A stretch of DNA of 64,000 nt from Patescibacteria group bacterium (GTDB lineage: Bacteria > Patescibacteriota > Minisyncoccia > Phycocordibacterales > Phycocordibacteraceae). The first letter of the stretch is position 1. Each line of letters begins with the position of its first letter. A program made the translations under genes and the position numbers. The stretch is taken from the NCBI GenBank assembly GCA_013815345.1, contig JACDGK010000001.1, positions 3,076 to 67,075 of the forward strand, in the 5' to 3' direction. The notes under the pieces were generated by a model, which was not told the origin of the DNA, did not search any database, and saw only the letters and a program-made list of their open reading frames with translations. Of this stretch, positions 29,550-38,896 are shown in pieces.

Positions 29550-29620
29550 AAAGAAAAACGCCGGCTTTCGCCGGCGTTTTCCCATCACATCCTATCTGAT
29601 GACTAAGTAGATCTATCACC
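29550..29620 (-). ncRNA. Candidate ~70-nt small RNA with its own promoter and terminator
   Basis: TTGACA(29653)-17-TATTAT(29630); CGCCGGC-GAAA-GCCGGCG-TTTTT terminator; segments complementary to the tRNA-like RNA. Confidence 0.5.
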
Positions 29621-29669
29621 TATAATAATATTCCTCTCGAAGAAGAATGTCAAACGTCTTGAAAAGATT

Positions 29670-30929
29670 TTATTTACTTGGCAAAATGTTCCAAAGATTT
29701 TGATCTTCTCCTCCGTCTAGTTTAAAAATGGCTACTCCGCGAATACCGAGCTTTTTCGCGAGCGCGATCTTTTGCGCAATTGAGGTCGCATCGCTCCAGG
29801 TCATATAGCGGAACGTTCCGGGAAGCGCGTTTGTACTTTCCGCAGCTTGCGCAACCGCTACGCCGGCCGAAGCCGTCAAAAAATTTGCTGTCGTTGAGGT
29901 CGCAGGGGAGGTTCCTGCTGGTAGTACCGCCGGTGTCGTAGTCGGTATATAGGAAACCGCCATTTCTCCTACGCTATTACGCAGGGGCGTCTTATTGAAT
30001 GCACTGGCGAGCTGTGTTGCATATTTGAGGTTAAACGACCATAAAAGATTGTAGAGATAGCCACTCCCCTTTGCGTACGGTGTTACGTCATATTCGTAGC
30101 CGTAGGTAGCAACGCCCATTTCCATTTTGCTTGGCGCGATGCTTTTCTCCATAAGCTGCACCACGGAGGTGATCCACGCCGGATCAGCTACTGGTGTGTA
30201 GATAGTATTCCCTGCTGCCGCATTCAGTTTTTTGTCGGCTGATTCTTGATCATACGTCATAATACGGACTCGATCGCAGTATTTGTTTATAGCTGAAAGA
30301 TCATTGGCGTATTGAAACTGGCCAAGCGGCTTAGTCGTATTAAGTTCTTCAGGAGGCGTACGAGCTTCGATGGTGCACATAACCCACTTACTGCCCATTG
30401 CAGTATAAAGCTGTTTTAAGAACTGTGAGAAATAATTTATATCTGAAGCTTTTTTGCCCTCATAATCAATATCGACGCCGTCAAAGTTGTTTTGTTTCAC
30501 CATTGCAACGATAGCTGCGACATGCTGCGCGCGAAGTGTGGGGCTACTCAATATGTGGTCGATCGCATTTGTATTACTCCACATTACCGTGGGAACAACC
30601 CGCACATGCTGCGCATGTGCGGCCGTAATAAGTGGTGCCCAGGTTGACGTCGCACTGTTGAGATTCGCCGCATCAAAAAGCGTGCCGTCAGTTTTCACCG
30701 TATAGCCAAAAGGATTAATTTCCGTGAGTTTATTTAAATGTGGCAAGACGTCGGCTGTGGAAGTAGCCACTCGCCAATACGGAAGCCAGCCAGAAACCTC
30801 GAATGGCCGCGTGGTGGTAGCGGCGAACGCTAGCGAGGGCATGCTATTTCCGAGCAGCACTGCCAGAAATAGAATGAGGCAAGCAGGAATGTTCCCTAGA
30901 CCCATTTTCAAAAGAAGCGATTTGACCAT
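29670..30929 (-). CDS. Secreted GH18 (chitinase/YaaH-like) glycoside hydrolase
   Basis: Signal peptide, FDGVDIDYE catalytic motif, IMTYD, GVAIF. Confidence 0.9.
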   Translation of the reverse strand: MVKSLLLKMGLGNIPACLILFLAVLLGNSMPSLAFAATTTRPFEVSGWLPYWRVATSTADVLPHLNKLTEINPFGYTVKTDGTLFDAANLNSATSTWAPLITAAHAQHVRVVPTVMWSNTNAIDHILSSPTLRAQHVAAIVAMVKQNNFDGVDIDYEGKKASDINYFSQFLKQLYTAMGSKWVMCTIEARTPPEELNTTKPLGQFQYANDLSAINKYCDRVRIMTYDQESADKKLNAAAGNTIYTPVADPAWITSVVQLMEKSIAPSKMEMGVATYGYEYDVTPYAKGSGYLYNLLWSFNLKYATQLASAFNKTPLRNSVGEMAVSYIPTTTPAVLPAGTSPATSTTANFLTASAGVAVAQAAESTNALPGTFRYMTWSDATSIAQKIALAKKLGIRGVAIFKLDGGEDQNLWNILPSK

Positions 30930-30992
30930 GATACCTATAGTATACGGCAAAATAAGCTCTCAATGAAATAATTCTGAAGAATATCTAAATCT

Positions 30993-31970
30993 TTATTTCA
31001 AATATTTATTCACGTTTGCCACCTGTCCTTTGTAAGTAACCGAGCAATGAATCTGCCCATTAGTGTCATGCAAGTAGAAGATACAATCAGTCTTTTGAGG
31101 GTTCAGTACCGCGTTAATGGCGGTAAGACTTGGCTCGTCGATAGGATGCGGTGGCAAGCCCACGTGTCGGTAGGTATTAAAAGGCGACTCAATAAATTTA
31201 TCAGCTGAAGTTGGCACTGGCCACCAATTCGATTCGTCGCCTTTCACGTATTGCAACGTGTCATCAAGCTGTAATGCCATGTGGTGATCGAGTCGATTCC
31301 ATAAGATTCCCGCAATGATGGGCATATCTTTCGGACCGGCTGCTTCACGTTCGATAAGGGAGGCAAGATTCACTACCATGGTCCATGGAATATTTTGCTG
31401 TTCGGCTTGAATAGCGAAAGGTGCGAATACCTGCTGAAAACGATCCCTGAAACGTTGGGCAACTAGTGCGGGTGACTGGTCAGAAGGAATGAGGTATGTA
31501 TCAGGATAGTAGACACCTTCTACGAAAGAAGGCGATGGTGCGGTATCTATATTTATCCATTCGGTTTTTTGGGCCGCCGTCCACGCAAACGTGCTCGCAA
31601 GTTTTTCAGCAATCTGCTCCTTACGCCATCCTGGAGGAAATTTAAAAAACACCAGATAGGGTGGCTTTGTGAGCAGCGACGCAATGGTCCATATATCCAT
31701 GCTTGCCGAAATCTCATACCCGCCGGGACGAATCTGCCTTCCGATAAGCGCACCCCCTATGGCGATTTGGAATGCAAGTCGGCTTCGAATGAAGCCTTCT
31801 CTCTTCAGATTATTATTTATTTGGTCAGTGGTTTGTCCTTCAGTAACAATAAACTCAGTCTGCGTAGCATACCGGTCAACAGGACCAAAAAAATGTGAAT
31901 ACGTGAGTGCGAATCCAATGAGCAAGACCACGAACCCACCTACACCGACATATATTAAGCGCTTCCTCAT
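30993..31970 (-). CDS. mltG: Endolytic transglycosylase MltG
   Basis: N-terminal TM, EGVYYPDTY, LASLIEREA, NRL, SPFNTY..GLPP.PI. Confidence 0.93.
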   Translation of the reverse strand: MRKRLIYVGVGGFVVLLIGFALTYSHFFGPVDRYATQTEFIVTEGQTTDQINNNLKREGFIRSRLAFQIAIGGALIGRQIRPGGYEISASMDIWTIASLLTKPPYLVFFKFPPGWRKEQIAEKLASTFAWTAAQKTEWINIDTAPSPSFVEGVYYPDTYLIPSDQSPALVAQRFRDRFQQVFAPFAIQAEQQNIPWTMVVNLASLIEREAAGPKDMPIIAGILWNRLDHHMALQLDDTLQYVKGDESNWWPVPTSADKFIESPFNTYRHVGLPPHPIDEPSLTAINAVLNPQKTDCIFYLHDTNGQIHCSVTYKGQVANVNKYLK

Positions 31971-31979
31971 TTGCCGTAC

Positions 31980-32123
31980 CTATTTCGCACTTTCTCCCTC
32001 CCAATACTGGAGACTTTCTCCAACCTTTCCTAAGAAGGCAAAACCTTCGGGTGCCTTTCCCATCGCCGCTGGACGAGGCAGATACTCCAATTCCTTAAGG
32101 TTTATGATTGATTCTTGTTCCAT
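31980..32123 (-). CDS. 47-aa hypothetical protein upstream of mltG
   Basis: MEQESIINLKELEYLPRPAAMGKAPEGFAFLGKVGESLQYWEGESAK*; TAGAAT 6 nt before ATG. Confidence 0.5.
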   Translation of the reverse strand: MEQESIINLKELEYLPRPAAMGKAPEGFAFLGKVGESLQYWEGESAK

Positions 32124-32280
32124 ATTTGTATTCTATCATTATTCTTATTGCCAACGCTTTGTTTTTCCACGAGATAAAAAATTAATGAATTTAAAATAAA
32201 GATTATCTGTACAAGTTGTCCCATTGTTTTTTCCTAAAATTCCTTGTTACCGTCATTGTGGTTGCTACAATCAAAAAACC

Positions 32281-32952
32281 ATGCGAGCACTCGTTATCGA
32301 TGACGAAGAAGGAGTACGAAATATTCTATGTCAACATTTGCGTTCAGAATGTTTTGCCGTCGATGCTGCAGAAAATGGTACGAAAGGTTCCTATCTCGCT
32401 CGCACCAATGACTACGACATTATTATTCTCGATAATATGATGCCGGAGAAATCAGGGGTGCAAGTATGTGAAGAGATACGACGAACCGGCCGCACCATGC
32501 CCATACTCGTATTATCCGTTCTTGGAGAGACCCGTCAAAAGGTAGAACTTATCAATGCGGGAGCAGATGATTATATGATCAAACCTTTCTCTTTTGATGA
32601 GCTCATGGCTCGAGTTCGCGCGCTTATGCGACGTCCACCAAACCTCGAGGGCGATCTTCTAAGCATTGATGATCTTACCCTCGATACGAAGCAACAGAAG
32701 GTGCAACGTGGAGAGAAAGGCATATATCTTACGCGTAAAGAATTCATGCTTCTTGAATACCTTATGCGTAATGAGGGTGCGGTGCTCTCGCGTGGAATGA
32801 TCATGGAACATGTATGGGATATGTCGAGTGACCCTTTTTCAAATACCATTGAATCTCACATTTTGAGTTTGCGTAAAAAGATCGGTGATGTTGCTGGCTC
32901 TCGATTAATAAAAACGGTGCCAGGACGTGGATATACCATAGGTCTTTCATAA
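32281..32952 (+). CDS. OmpR/PhoB-family response regulator
   Basis: ALVIDDE, ILDNMMP, GADDYMIKPF, LTRKEF, winged helix LRKKI...TVPGRGY. Confidence 0.96.
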   Translation: MRALVIDDEEGVRNILCQHLRSECFAVDAAENGTKGSYLARTNDYDIIILDNMMPEKSGVQVCEEIRRTGRTMPILVLSVLGETRQKVELINAGADDYMIKPFSFDELMARVRALMRRPPNLEGDLLSIDDLTLDTKQQKVQRGEKGIYLTRKEFMLLEYLMRNEGAVLSRGMIMEHVWDMSSDPFSNTIESHILSLRKKIGDVAGSRLIKTVPGRGYTIGLS

Positions 32953-32984
32953 AACTTCATAAGTATTTTATCTTTCTTTGAGAA
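32946..32984 (+). promoter_or_regulatory. Candidate response-regulator binding site upstream of the ThiF-like gene
   Basis: TTCATA direct repeat with 10-bp period; 23/29 identity to the reverse complement of 39011-39039. Confidence 0.45.
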
Positions 32985-33064
32985 TTCATATATCTTCCAC
33001 TTGCTAACTTTCTCTATAGATCGTTCTTTGTAAGCTGTTTGTCAGCAAAAAAAGGAATTATTCG

Positions 33065-34036
33065 ATGAACGTCATAGAATTTATCGACATTCCGAAGTCA
33101 CTAAAGAGAGGATGTGTGCTGCGATTCATACCGAGAAACCCCGATCCTAAGTATTACGCTCAAAGAATCGATCGTAATCTGGGAGTGATAACGGGGGAAG
33201 AGCAAGAAATTCTTCGTAATTCAGTAGTGGGTATTGCGGGGACGGGAGGGATGGGAGGTCTCATCGCTGCTCAGTTAACCCGAGTTGGCATTGGTGAAAT
33301 TCGAATTGCCGATAGCGAAACATTCGATGTTTCGAACATTAACCGACAATTTGGTGCACTTCGCACCAATATCGGTAAATCGAAAGCTCTTGAGACAGCG
33401 CGGATGATACGGGCTATCACTGATGACGTGACCCTTGAGGTATACCCTCAGGGAATTACGGAAGAAAGCGTAAAGACTTTCGTTAGTGGTTGTGACGTTA
33501 TCTGCGACGAAATAGAGTTTCTCGCCATCGACGCTCGCATCCTTCTGCATCAGCAGGCACGTACCCACAATGTCTCGCTTCTCAATTGTAATTCGGTCTG
33601 GTTCGGTTCTTATCTCTTTCTCTATACACCGCAAAGCATGACGATGGAAGAAGCTATCGGCTTATCGTATGAAAAAGCAAAAGAGTTGCGATACAAAGCA
33701 ATGACCGGAGACATTGAGGCTGCTGCGCTTATTATCAAAAGAATGACTCGGGCGGTAGCTCCAGGGCTGCCGGAATACCGACCACATGCGACAGAAACGG
33801 ATCATCAGGCATTTTCCCGAAGACTTTACGAAGAAGGAAGGGTGCCCATTTTAGGCACTAATCCTCTCTTTGCTGCAGGATTCTTAGCTGATCGACTCGT
33901 CTTGTATCTTTTACGGAAATCGGGAACACCGCGAGAGATTAGACTCCTTCCCGAAATGCCAGGATATCTCTATATGGATGCAGCCTGCGTAGAGGGAAAA
34001 TTCAGCACGAAAGGGTGGTTTGATGATGTCTGTTAG
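33065..34036 (+). CDS. ThiF/MoeB/E1-like adenylyltransferase (no Zn CxxC motifs)
   Basis: RNLG..EEQ, GIAGTGGMG, DSETFDVSNINRQ, GKSK. Confidence 0.92.
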   Translation: MNVIEFIDIPKSLKRGCVLRFIPRNPDPKYYAQRIDRNLGVITGEEQEILRNSVVGIAGTGGMGGLIAAQLTRVGIGEIRIADSETFDVSNINRQFGALRTNIGKSKALETARMIRAITDDVTLEVYPQGITEESVKTFVSGCDVICDEIEFLAIDARILLHQQARTHNVSLLNCNSVWFGSYLFLYTPQSMTMEEAIGLSYEKAKELRYKAMTGDIEAAALIIKRMTRAVAPGLPEYRPHATETDHQAFSRRLYEEGRVPILGTNPLFAAGFLADRLVLYLLRKSGTPREIRLLPEMPGYLYMDAACVEGKFSTKGWFDDVC

Positions 34037-34586
34037 TAACCCATTAATCACAGCTTCCATTGTCGTGACCCAAAAGGAACATGATGAGGCTATTGTCTAC
34101 ATAGAGAGTTCTATGAGAAAGATATTTCGCTGCGAACCGCCGCCCACGCGCGGAGCCATCTGTATCGCTCGAATCCATGACAGAATCGTCGGGAGCTTGG
34201 TGCTGCAGAGCACCAAGCACGATTGCCCATTCCCGATCGAAGATCACTACGATTTCGACCCAAAAGAGATGCCATTTCCTTTCTCTCGAAGCGAGGTGGT
34301 TCAGGCTACAAGGTGGATAGCTACGGAACCGGGCGTCTCTCTTCGCGTTGTAAAGGCATGTGGGTGGATTGCGCACGGTTTCGAGAAACGATACATGTTT
34401 ATCGAAGCCAAACCGTATTCCGTAGAACGCCTTTGTGAATTAGGACTTGATTGCCGGATTGTCAAAAATGCCGTCCTTGTACCCGAACGGGTACGAGAAT
34501 CAGTCGGTGAAGCAGGGATATTCTACTACACCGAACATCCTTTACCAACTCTCTGTATATTTCCGATTGCACCTCTTCTTATCTAG
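34020..34586 (+). CDS. GNAT-fold protein resembling FeeM N-acyl amino acid synthase / thermostable-hemolysin / LuxI-like acyltransferases
   Basis: RIVGSL, PFPIEDHY, RSEVVQATRW, C-terminal YY..HP; overlaps the ThiF stop. Confidence 0.55.
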   Translation: MMMSVSNPLITASIVVTQKEHDEAIVYIESSMRKIFRCEPPPTRGAICIARIHDRIVGSLVLQSTKHDCPFPIEDHYDFDPKEMPFPFSRSEVVQATRWIATEPGVSLRVVKACGWIAHGFEKRYMFIEAKPYSVERLCELGLDCRIVKNAVLVPERVRESVGEAGIFYYTEHPLPTLCIFPIAPLLI

Positions 34587-34625
34587 TCGTGCATTAATCA
34601 CAGTAGTATGAGTAACTGCATACTT

Positions 34626-34654
34626 CGTCCTCGGCATGCCGAGGACGTCCTTTT
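34626..34654 (+). terminator. Palindromic hairpin after the ThiF-GNAT pair
   Basis: CGTCCTCGGCATGCCGAGGACG perfect palindrome followed by TCCTTTT. Confidence 0.55.
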
Positions 34655-34669
34655 AAAAAACTATGGTGA

Positions 34670-36733
34670 ATGCGAAAATATGAAAGACTCTTTAGCTCAA
34701 TGATCACTCTCGGGCAAGCGCTCCTCCTTTCTATCAATGCCGTTAATCTCGGTATCGGTCTATGGGTTCTTATCAAAAATCCGCGGCAGCGAGTTAATCT
34801 TTCATTCTTTATTTTTATCTTGGGTATCACGGCGTGGTCGGTAGGAATATCGCTGCTCTACATTACCCATGATTTTCAGTACGACAAACTTGCTCTAGGA
34901 GGAGGACTGCTTATGCTTTTCGGACTCACGTTTTTCGCACGTGTTTTCGCAAATGACAAACCACTCACCGCCCGATTCTTTGTGCTTTTCACTCCTCTTA
35001 TCGTTGGTGTTGCGTGTCTTCCTTTCAATGTATTCATACGAGGTATGACCGTAGATGCCCAGGGTTTCATTCAGCCGGTAAATGGTCCTCTGTTCCCTTT
35101 TTATCTCTTACTCGCTGTCGGCTATTTTTTAATAGGGTTCTATCTTTTTGCCTATAATTTCGTTCATTCGACCGGAAAAGCGAAACTACAAATGCGTTAT
35201 CTGGCGACGGGCATTATAATTTTTATGAGTGCGGTACTGCTATTCAATGTGTTTCTTCCTTCTTTTGGCATCTATCGATTAAATCTTTTTGGACCCGCTG
35301 GTTCCGTCGTGTTCGTAACACTGACCAGCTATACTATCGTGCGCCACCAACTCATGGACATACGGGTTGCTATACAACGAGGCGCCTTTTATTCATTGCT
35401 TGTTTCGCTTATTGTATCCGCCTATGTAGCCCTGCTCATGGTTATGGTGGAGCTATTCGATACCGGAGAACGAGTCGCGATACTGGTATCGGCAACCATC
35501 ATAACCATCTTCGGTATCGTGACGGTTCCTCCTATTGAAAGATATTTTCAAAAGGTGACCGATCGATTCTTTTTTAAAAACAAATATAACTACGCACTTG
35601 CTCTTGAGAAATTAAGTGTCGTCTTAAAAGATAATATACGATTTTCTCGACTTGTTCCTCTCATTTTGCGCTCACTTCAGGATATTCTAAAACCAACTTT
35701 TATTGAGTTTGCTCACGCAAGCACAGGCAAGGTGTTTGATCTTGAAAATCATACTTCCGCACGACGTGCTCCTCGCGGTATGTCAAACAATGGCTTACAA
35801 ATATCGATTGTGTCACGTAAACGCAGCGTCGGCACTTTTACCTTCGGTCCCAAACGATCGGGAGATCCCTATACAAGCGAAGACCATATGTTATTGCGCA
35901 CATTTGCGAGCCAAGCCTCGGTTGCATTCGAAAAGGCTGAGCTGTACCAGGAGCTCCAAACCTACTCCGAATCTCTCGAACAGAAAGTGGGTGAGCGCAC
36001 ACAGAGGATTCTTAAACTTCAAGAGCAGCAACGTCAACTTTTTGACGATATTTCACATGCACTTCAAACACCTCTTACCGTACTCAAGAGCGCCTTGGAA
36101 TCAATGAATCGAGAAAAGATAGTGTCGGAGAAACGTGCGGTGGAGTGTATGGAGCACAGTCTCGACGACCTTTCAGCCAGAATACGAAATCTCCTTCAAC
36201 TTGCTCGCATTGATGCCGTTCCGATGGATGAGCAAAAAGAATGTGTTGATATAGGACTTTTAGTTGCAGCTGTTATTGAATACGTTGAAGTGATCTGTCG
36301 AGAAAAGGATATTACTGTACGGGTTACTCTTGAACCTGGTCTCATTATATTTGGAAACAAAAAACAAATTGAGGAACTGATCACGAATCTACTAAGCAAT
36401 GCCGTGCGCTATACAGGATCATGCCTCATACGAGAGATAAGCGTGGCAGTGAGAGCAAGAAAGAAGGATGTTGAATTCGCTTTAACTGATACGGGCATAG
36501 GCATTGCGAAAGATCGACTTCCTTATATCTTCGATCGTTTTTATCGTGCGGGTGATACAGATTCCGCCTCTGGGGGATATGGTCTCGGTCTCGCGATTAG
36601 TAAAAGTATTGCAGAAAGAAACGCAGGTACTATATCAGTGAGTAGTACCTACGGCAAAGGCACACGTTTTATAGTACGTTTCCCTCGAGTGTTTCCGGGA
36701 AAAGATCTAGTAAAAGACGTCGCGAATGGATAA
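34670..36733 (+). CDS. Sensor histidine kinase: multi-TM (7TM-like) N-terminus, GAF-like region, HisKA, HATPase
   Basis: About 9 TMs, GPKRSGDPYTSEDH.LL, SHALQTPL, NLLSNAVRY, DTGIGI, FDRFYR, GYGLGL; start may be 34700. Confidence 0.93.
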   Translation: MRKYERLFSSMITLGQALLLSINAVNLGIGLWVLIKNPRQRVNLSFFIFILGITAWSVGISLLYITHDFQYDKLALGGGLLMLFGLTFFARVFANDKPLTARFFVLFTPLIVGVACLPFNVFIRGMTVDAQGFIQPVNGPLFPFYLLLAVGYFLIGFYLFAYNFVHSTGKAKLQMRYLATGIIIFMSAVLLFNVFLPSFGIYRLNLFGPAGSVVFVTLTSYTIVRHQLMDIRVAIQRGAFYSLLVSLIVSAYVALLMVMVELFDTGERVAILVSATIITIFGIVTVPPIERYFQKVTDRFFFKNKYNYALALEKLSVVLKDNIRFSRLVPLILRSLQDILKPTFIEFAHASTGKVFDLENHTSARRAPRGMSNNGLQISIVSRKRSVGTFTFGPKRSGDPYTSEDHMLLRTFASQASVAFEKAELYQELQTYSESLEQKVGERTQRILKLQEQQRQLFDDISHALQTPLTVLKSALESMNREKIVSEKRAVECMEHSLDDLSARIRNLLQLARIDAVPMDEQKECVDIGLLVAAVIEYVEVICREKDITVRVTLEPGLIIFGNKKQIEELITNLLSNAVRYTGSCLIREISVAVRARKKDVEFALTDTGIGIAKDRLPYIFDRFYRAGDTDSASGGYGLGLAISKSIAERNAGTISVSSTYGKGTRFIVRFPRVFPGKDLVKDVANG

Positions 36734-37034
36734 GAGACTCGAGCATAAAGGTTAACTGCTGTTCGTCATCTAACGTGTATCGCTTTTGCACATTCCCAAA
36801 ATTCTTCAGTTCTTCCTGAAACTTGTAGATACCGGCACCAAAATAGCTCGGCAGGGAGTGTGGACCAAATTCTTCCCACAAACGATCGTCGACTACGTCG
36901 AGCATTAATTCATCTCGCAAAAGTCCAAACACTTTTGCATAGGGTGAACATATAGCTACTCTTCCCTCCTGATTTGAACGCCGATAGGTCTGTACTACGT
37001 TTTCATTCTTCGCATCGTGAGACATCATTTTCAT
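36669..37034 (-). CDS. Hypothetical protein
   Basis: 121-aa ORF downstream of radC; overlaps the kinase 3' end by 65 nt. Confidence 0.55.
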   Translation of the reverse strand: MKMMSHDAKNENVVQTYRRSNQEGRVAICSPYAKVFGLLRDELMLDVVDDRLWEEFGPHSLPSYFGAGIYKFQEELKNFGNVQKRYTLDDEQQLTFMLESLIHSRRLLLDLFPETLEGNVL

Positions 37035-37051
37035 AGAGTAGTGATATTAGA

Positions 37052-37813
37052 TTATTCATGAGTAGGAATACTCGTAAAGTTTTCGGCGGTAATAATCACA
37101 TGGTCAATAAGATCGATACCGAGAAGAGTTCCGGCTTCACTCAATTGGCGGGTAACCTCCCGATCGGCAGTACTCGGTTCACCATTTCCGGAAGGATGAT
37201 TGTGGACCAGAATGACTGCTGCAGCCGAATGAGCCAGGGCGGGTCGAAATACTTCACGCGGATGAACGATGTTTGCATCGATCGTACCGATGGATATCGT
37301 CTCGTCATGCACGAGTTGATAATGAGTATTAAGGTATAAGCCCCGCAAATGTTCTTTCGAAAGATTTCGCATATCGAGAGTATATTCGAAGACATCTTTA
37401 GCGGTACGTATGACTGGTGCCCCGTTCCTGCTTCTGCGAAAATACCGGCGACCGAGTTCTCCACACGCTACTATTTGTGCCGCTTTTCCTAGGGGAACGT
37501 CCAAATCTTCCGCGAGTGCTTTTGCATCAGTCGAAAGTAAAACACTTTGCTCACCATATTCTTGCATGATTCGGTTTGCCATGGTGAGAATTTCTTCTTT
37601 TTTAGTACCGGTGGTAAGAACAACTGCCAGCAATTCAGCGGTGGAGAGCACTCCGGGACCTTCAGCGAGAAGTCGTTCTCGTGGTTTTTTCTCGGTGGGT
37701 AAATCACGAACACGAAGTACGTATCGCTTTCCTAGCTTCTCCTCTCTCCCGGTGACTATGCCTGATTCGTCAAGAATCATGGGCGAGAGAATCATTTTGT
37801 AGAGTGTTTCCAT
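37052..37813 (-). CDS. radC: RadC/JAB (UPF0758) protein
   Basis: KPRERL, ELLAVVL.TG, VHPREVF, HNHPSG...PS..D, DHVII. Confidence 0.95.
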   Translation of the reverse strand: METLYKMILSPMILDESGIVTGREEKLGKRYVLRVRDLPTEKKPRERLLAEGPGVLSTAELLAVVLTTGTKKEEILTMANRIMQEYGEQSVLLSTDAKALAEDLDVPLGKAAQIVACGELGRRYFRRSRNGAPVIRTAKDVFEYTLDMRNLSKEHLRGLYLNTHYQLVHDETISIGTIDANIVHPREVFRPALAHSAAAVILVHNHPSGNGEPSTADREVTRQLSEAGTLLGIDLIDHVIITAENFTSIPTHE

Positions 37814-37852
37814 AGGTTTCAGTATACACGGAAGATATTAGTAGTACGGACA

Positions 37853-38896
37853 TTATTTACAGCCTAACCGTTGGTTTGCAATGCAATACGTTGCCATAGT
37901 CCAATGACCATTCGTGATTATTCTACTTTTAATAATCCCGTTTCTCATGAGTGATGTGAGATAATCCGCCTGAAAACTCCGCACTGCCGTTTCTGTCATT
38001 TTTCCGAAATAAGTAGTTGTGCGATCTTGCTTCATAAAGCCGGCGCTCATCAGAAATGCTTGTATGACTTTTATTTGAGTACTTCGGGAACCGCGGACGA
38101 ACGTCCGTGAAAAATAAGGACAGAGCGGCGGATAGGTGATAGTAGGTTGATCTGCATTTATCTTCTGGGTGGTGCTTCCCACAGAGAACATGGTTTGTGT
38201 GTTGACTGGAGAATTCTTTGACATAAATGCATTGCCACTAGAATTACTGAAGCTGCTTCCTGCTCCTCCACTTCCCGAAAATGGGATACCCGGAATTGAA
38301 GGAGCGATTGAAACGATACTGGTTGAACTCTCTGACTGAGTGTCTACAGGAGCAACAGGCGTATTCGTCGCTTCGACAGACGTTGATGAAGATGAAACGA
38401 GTACAATGTTGTCGAAGTTGAAATTCGAAAGCGCCAATAAGGGTAGTTCAAATCCATATCTCATCACGGTGCTATGTGTTGAGGTCGCGGTTTGCTCCAG
38501 ATTTATCGTTACTTGAGTCCATTCGTTCGCAGGTACGGAAGGAAGAGGGTACGAATTCGTACTACTCCCGAGTGATTGAATATCAGAGAAAAGATCAAAA
38601 TGTATCTCACCTAAATCTACCAAGCGACTACTTCGTATCCAGAGACTGATACCGGTGTAATTCGACCAGTCGTGTGGGACATCGAAACCAAAATAGAGTG
38701 TTCCTACTCTGTCACCATTTGTGACACTCGCCTTTAAACTTCCGAGTCCTTGCACTTTTTGGATTGAGTCGGTGAAGAATGATATGAATGAGGGTGTATT
38801 CGTATTCCATGCCGTTGTCGAATCCAAAGAATCAAGAACTAAGACCGTCGTACTACCTTCATCTGCATGTACCGCTTGTGTCGGTATAAAGAACAC
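37853..38896 (-). CDS. Secreted protein with carbohydrate-binding-like N-domain and C-terminal peptidoglycan-binding-like domain
   Basis: W..YTGISLWI, S/T linker, RGS...IQAFL...YFG.MTE.AV..FQ; start uncertain (possible frameshift). Confidence 0.7.
   Translation of the reverse strand: MFFIPTQAVHADEGSTTVLVLDSLDSTTAWNTNTPSFISFFTDSIQKVQGLGSLKASVTNGDRVGTLYFGFDVPHDWSNYTGISLWIRSSRLVDLGEIHFDLFSDIQSLGSSTNSYPLPSVPANEWTQVTINLEQTATSTHSTVMRYGFELPLLALSNFNFDNIVLVSSSSTSVEATNTPVAPVDTQSESSTSIVSIAPSIPGIPFSGSGGAGSSFSNSSGNAFMSKNSPVNTQTMFSVGSTTQKINADQPTITYPPLCPYFSRTFVRGSRSTQIKVIQAFLMSAGFMKQDRTTTYFGKMTETAVRSFQADYLTSLMRNGIIKSRIITNGHWTMATYCIANQRLGCK

Noticed and set aside
29590-29620. Hammerhead ribozyme or C/D box, suggested by CTGATGA
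   Set aside because: No GAAA core after a stem II; it lies on the strand opposite the promoter, and bacteria lack C/D machinery.
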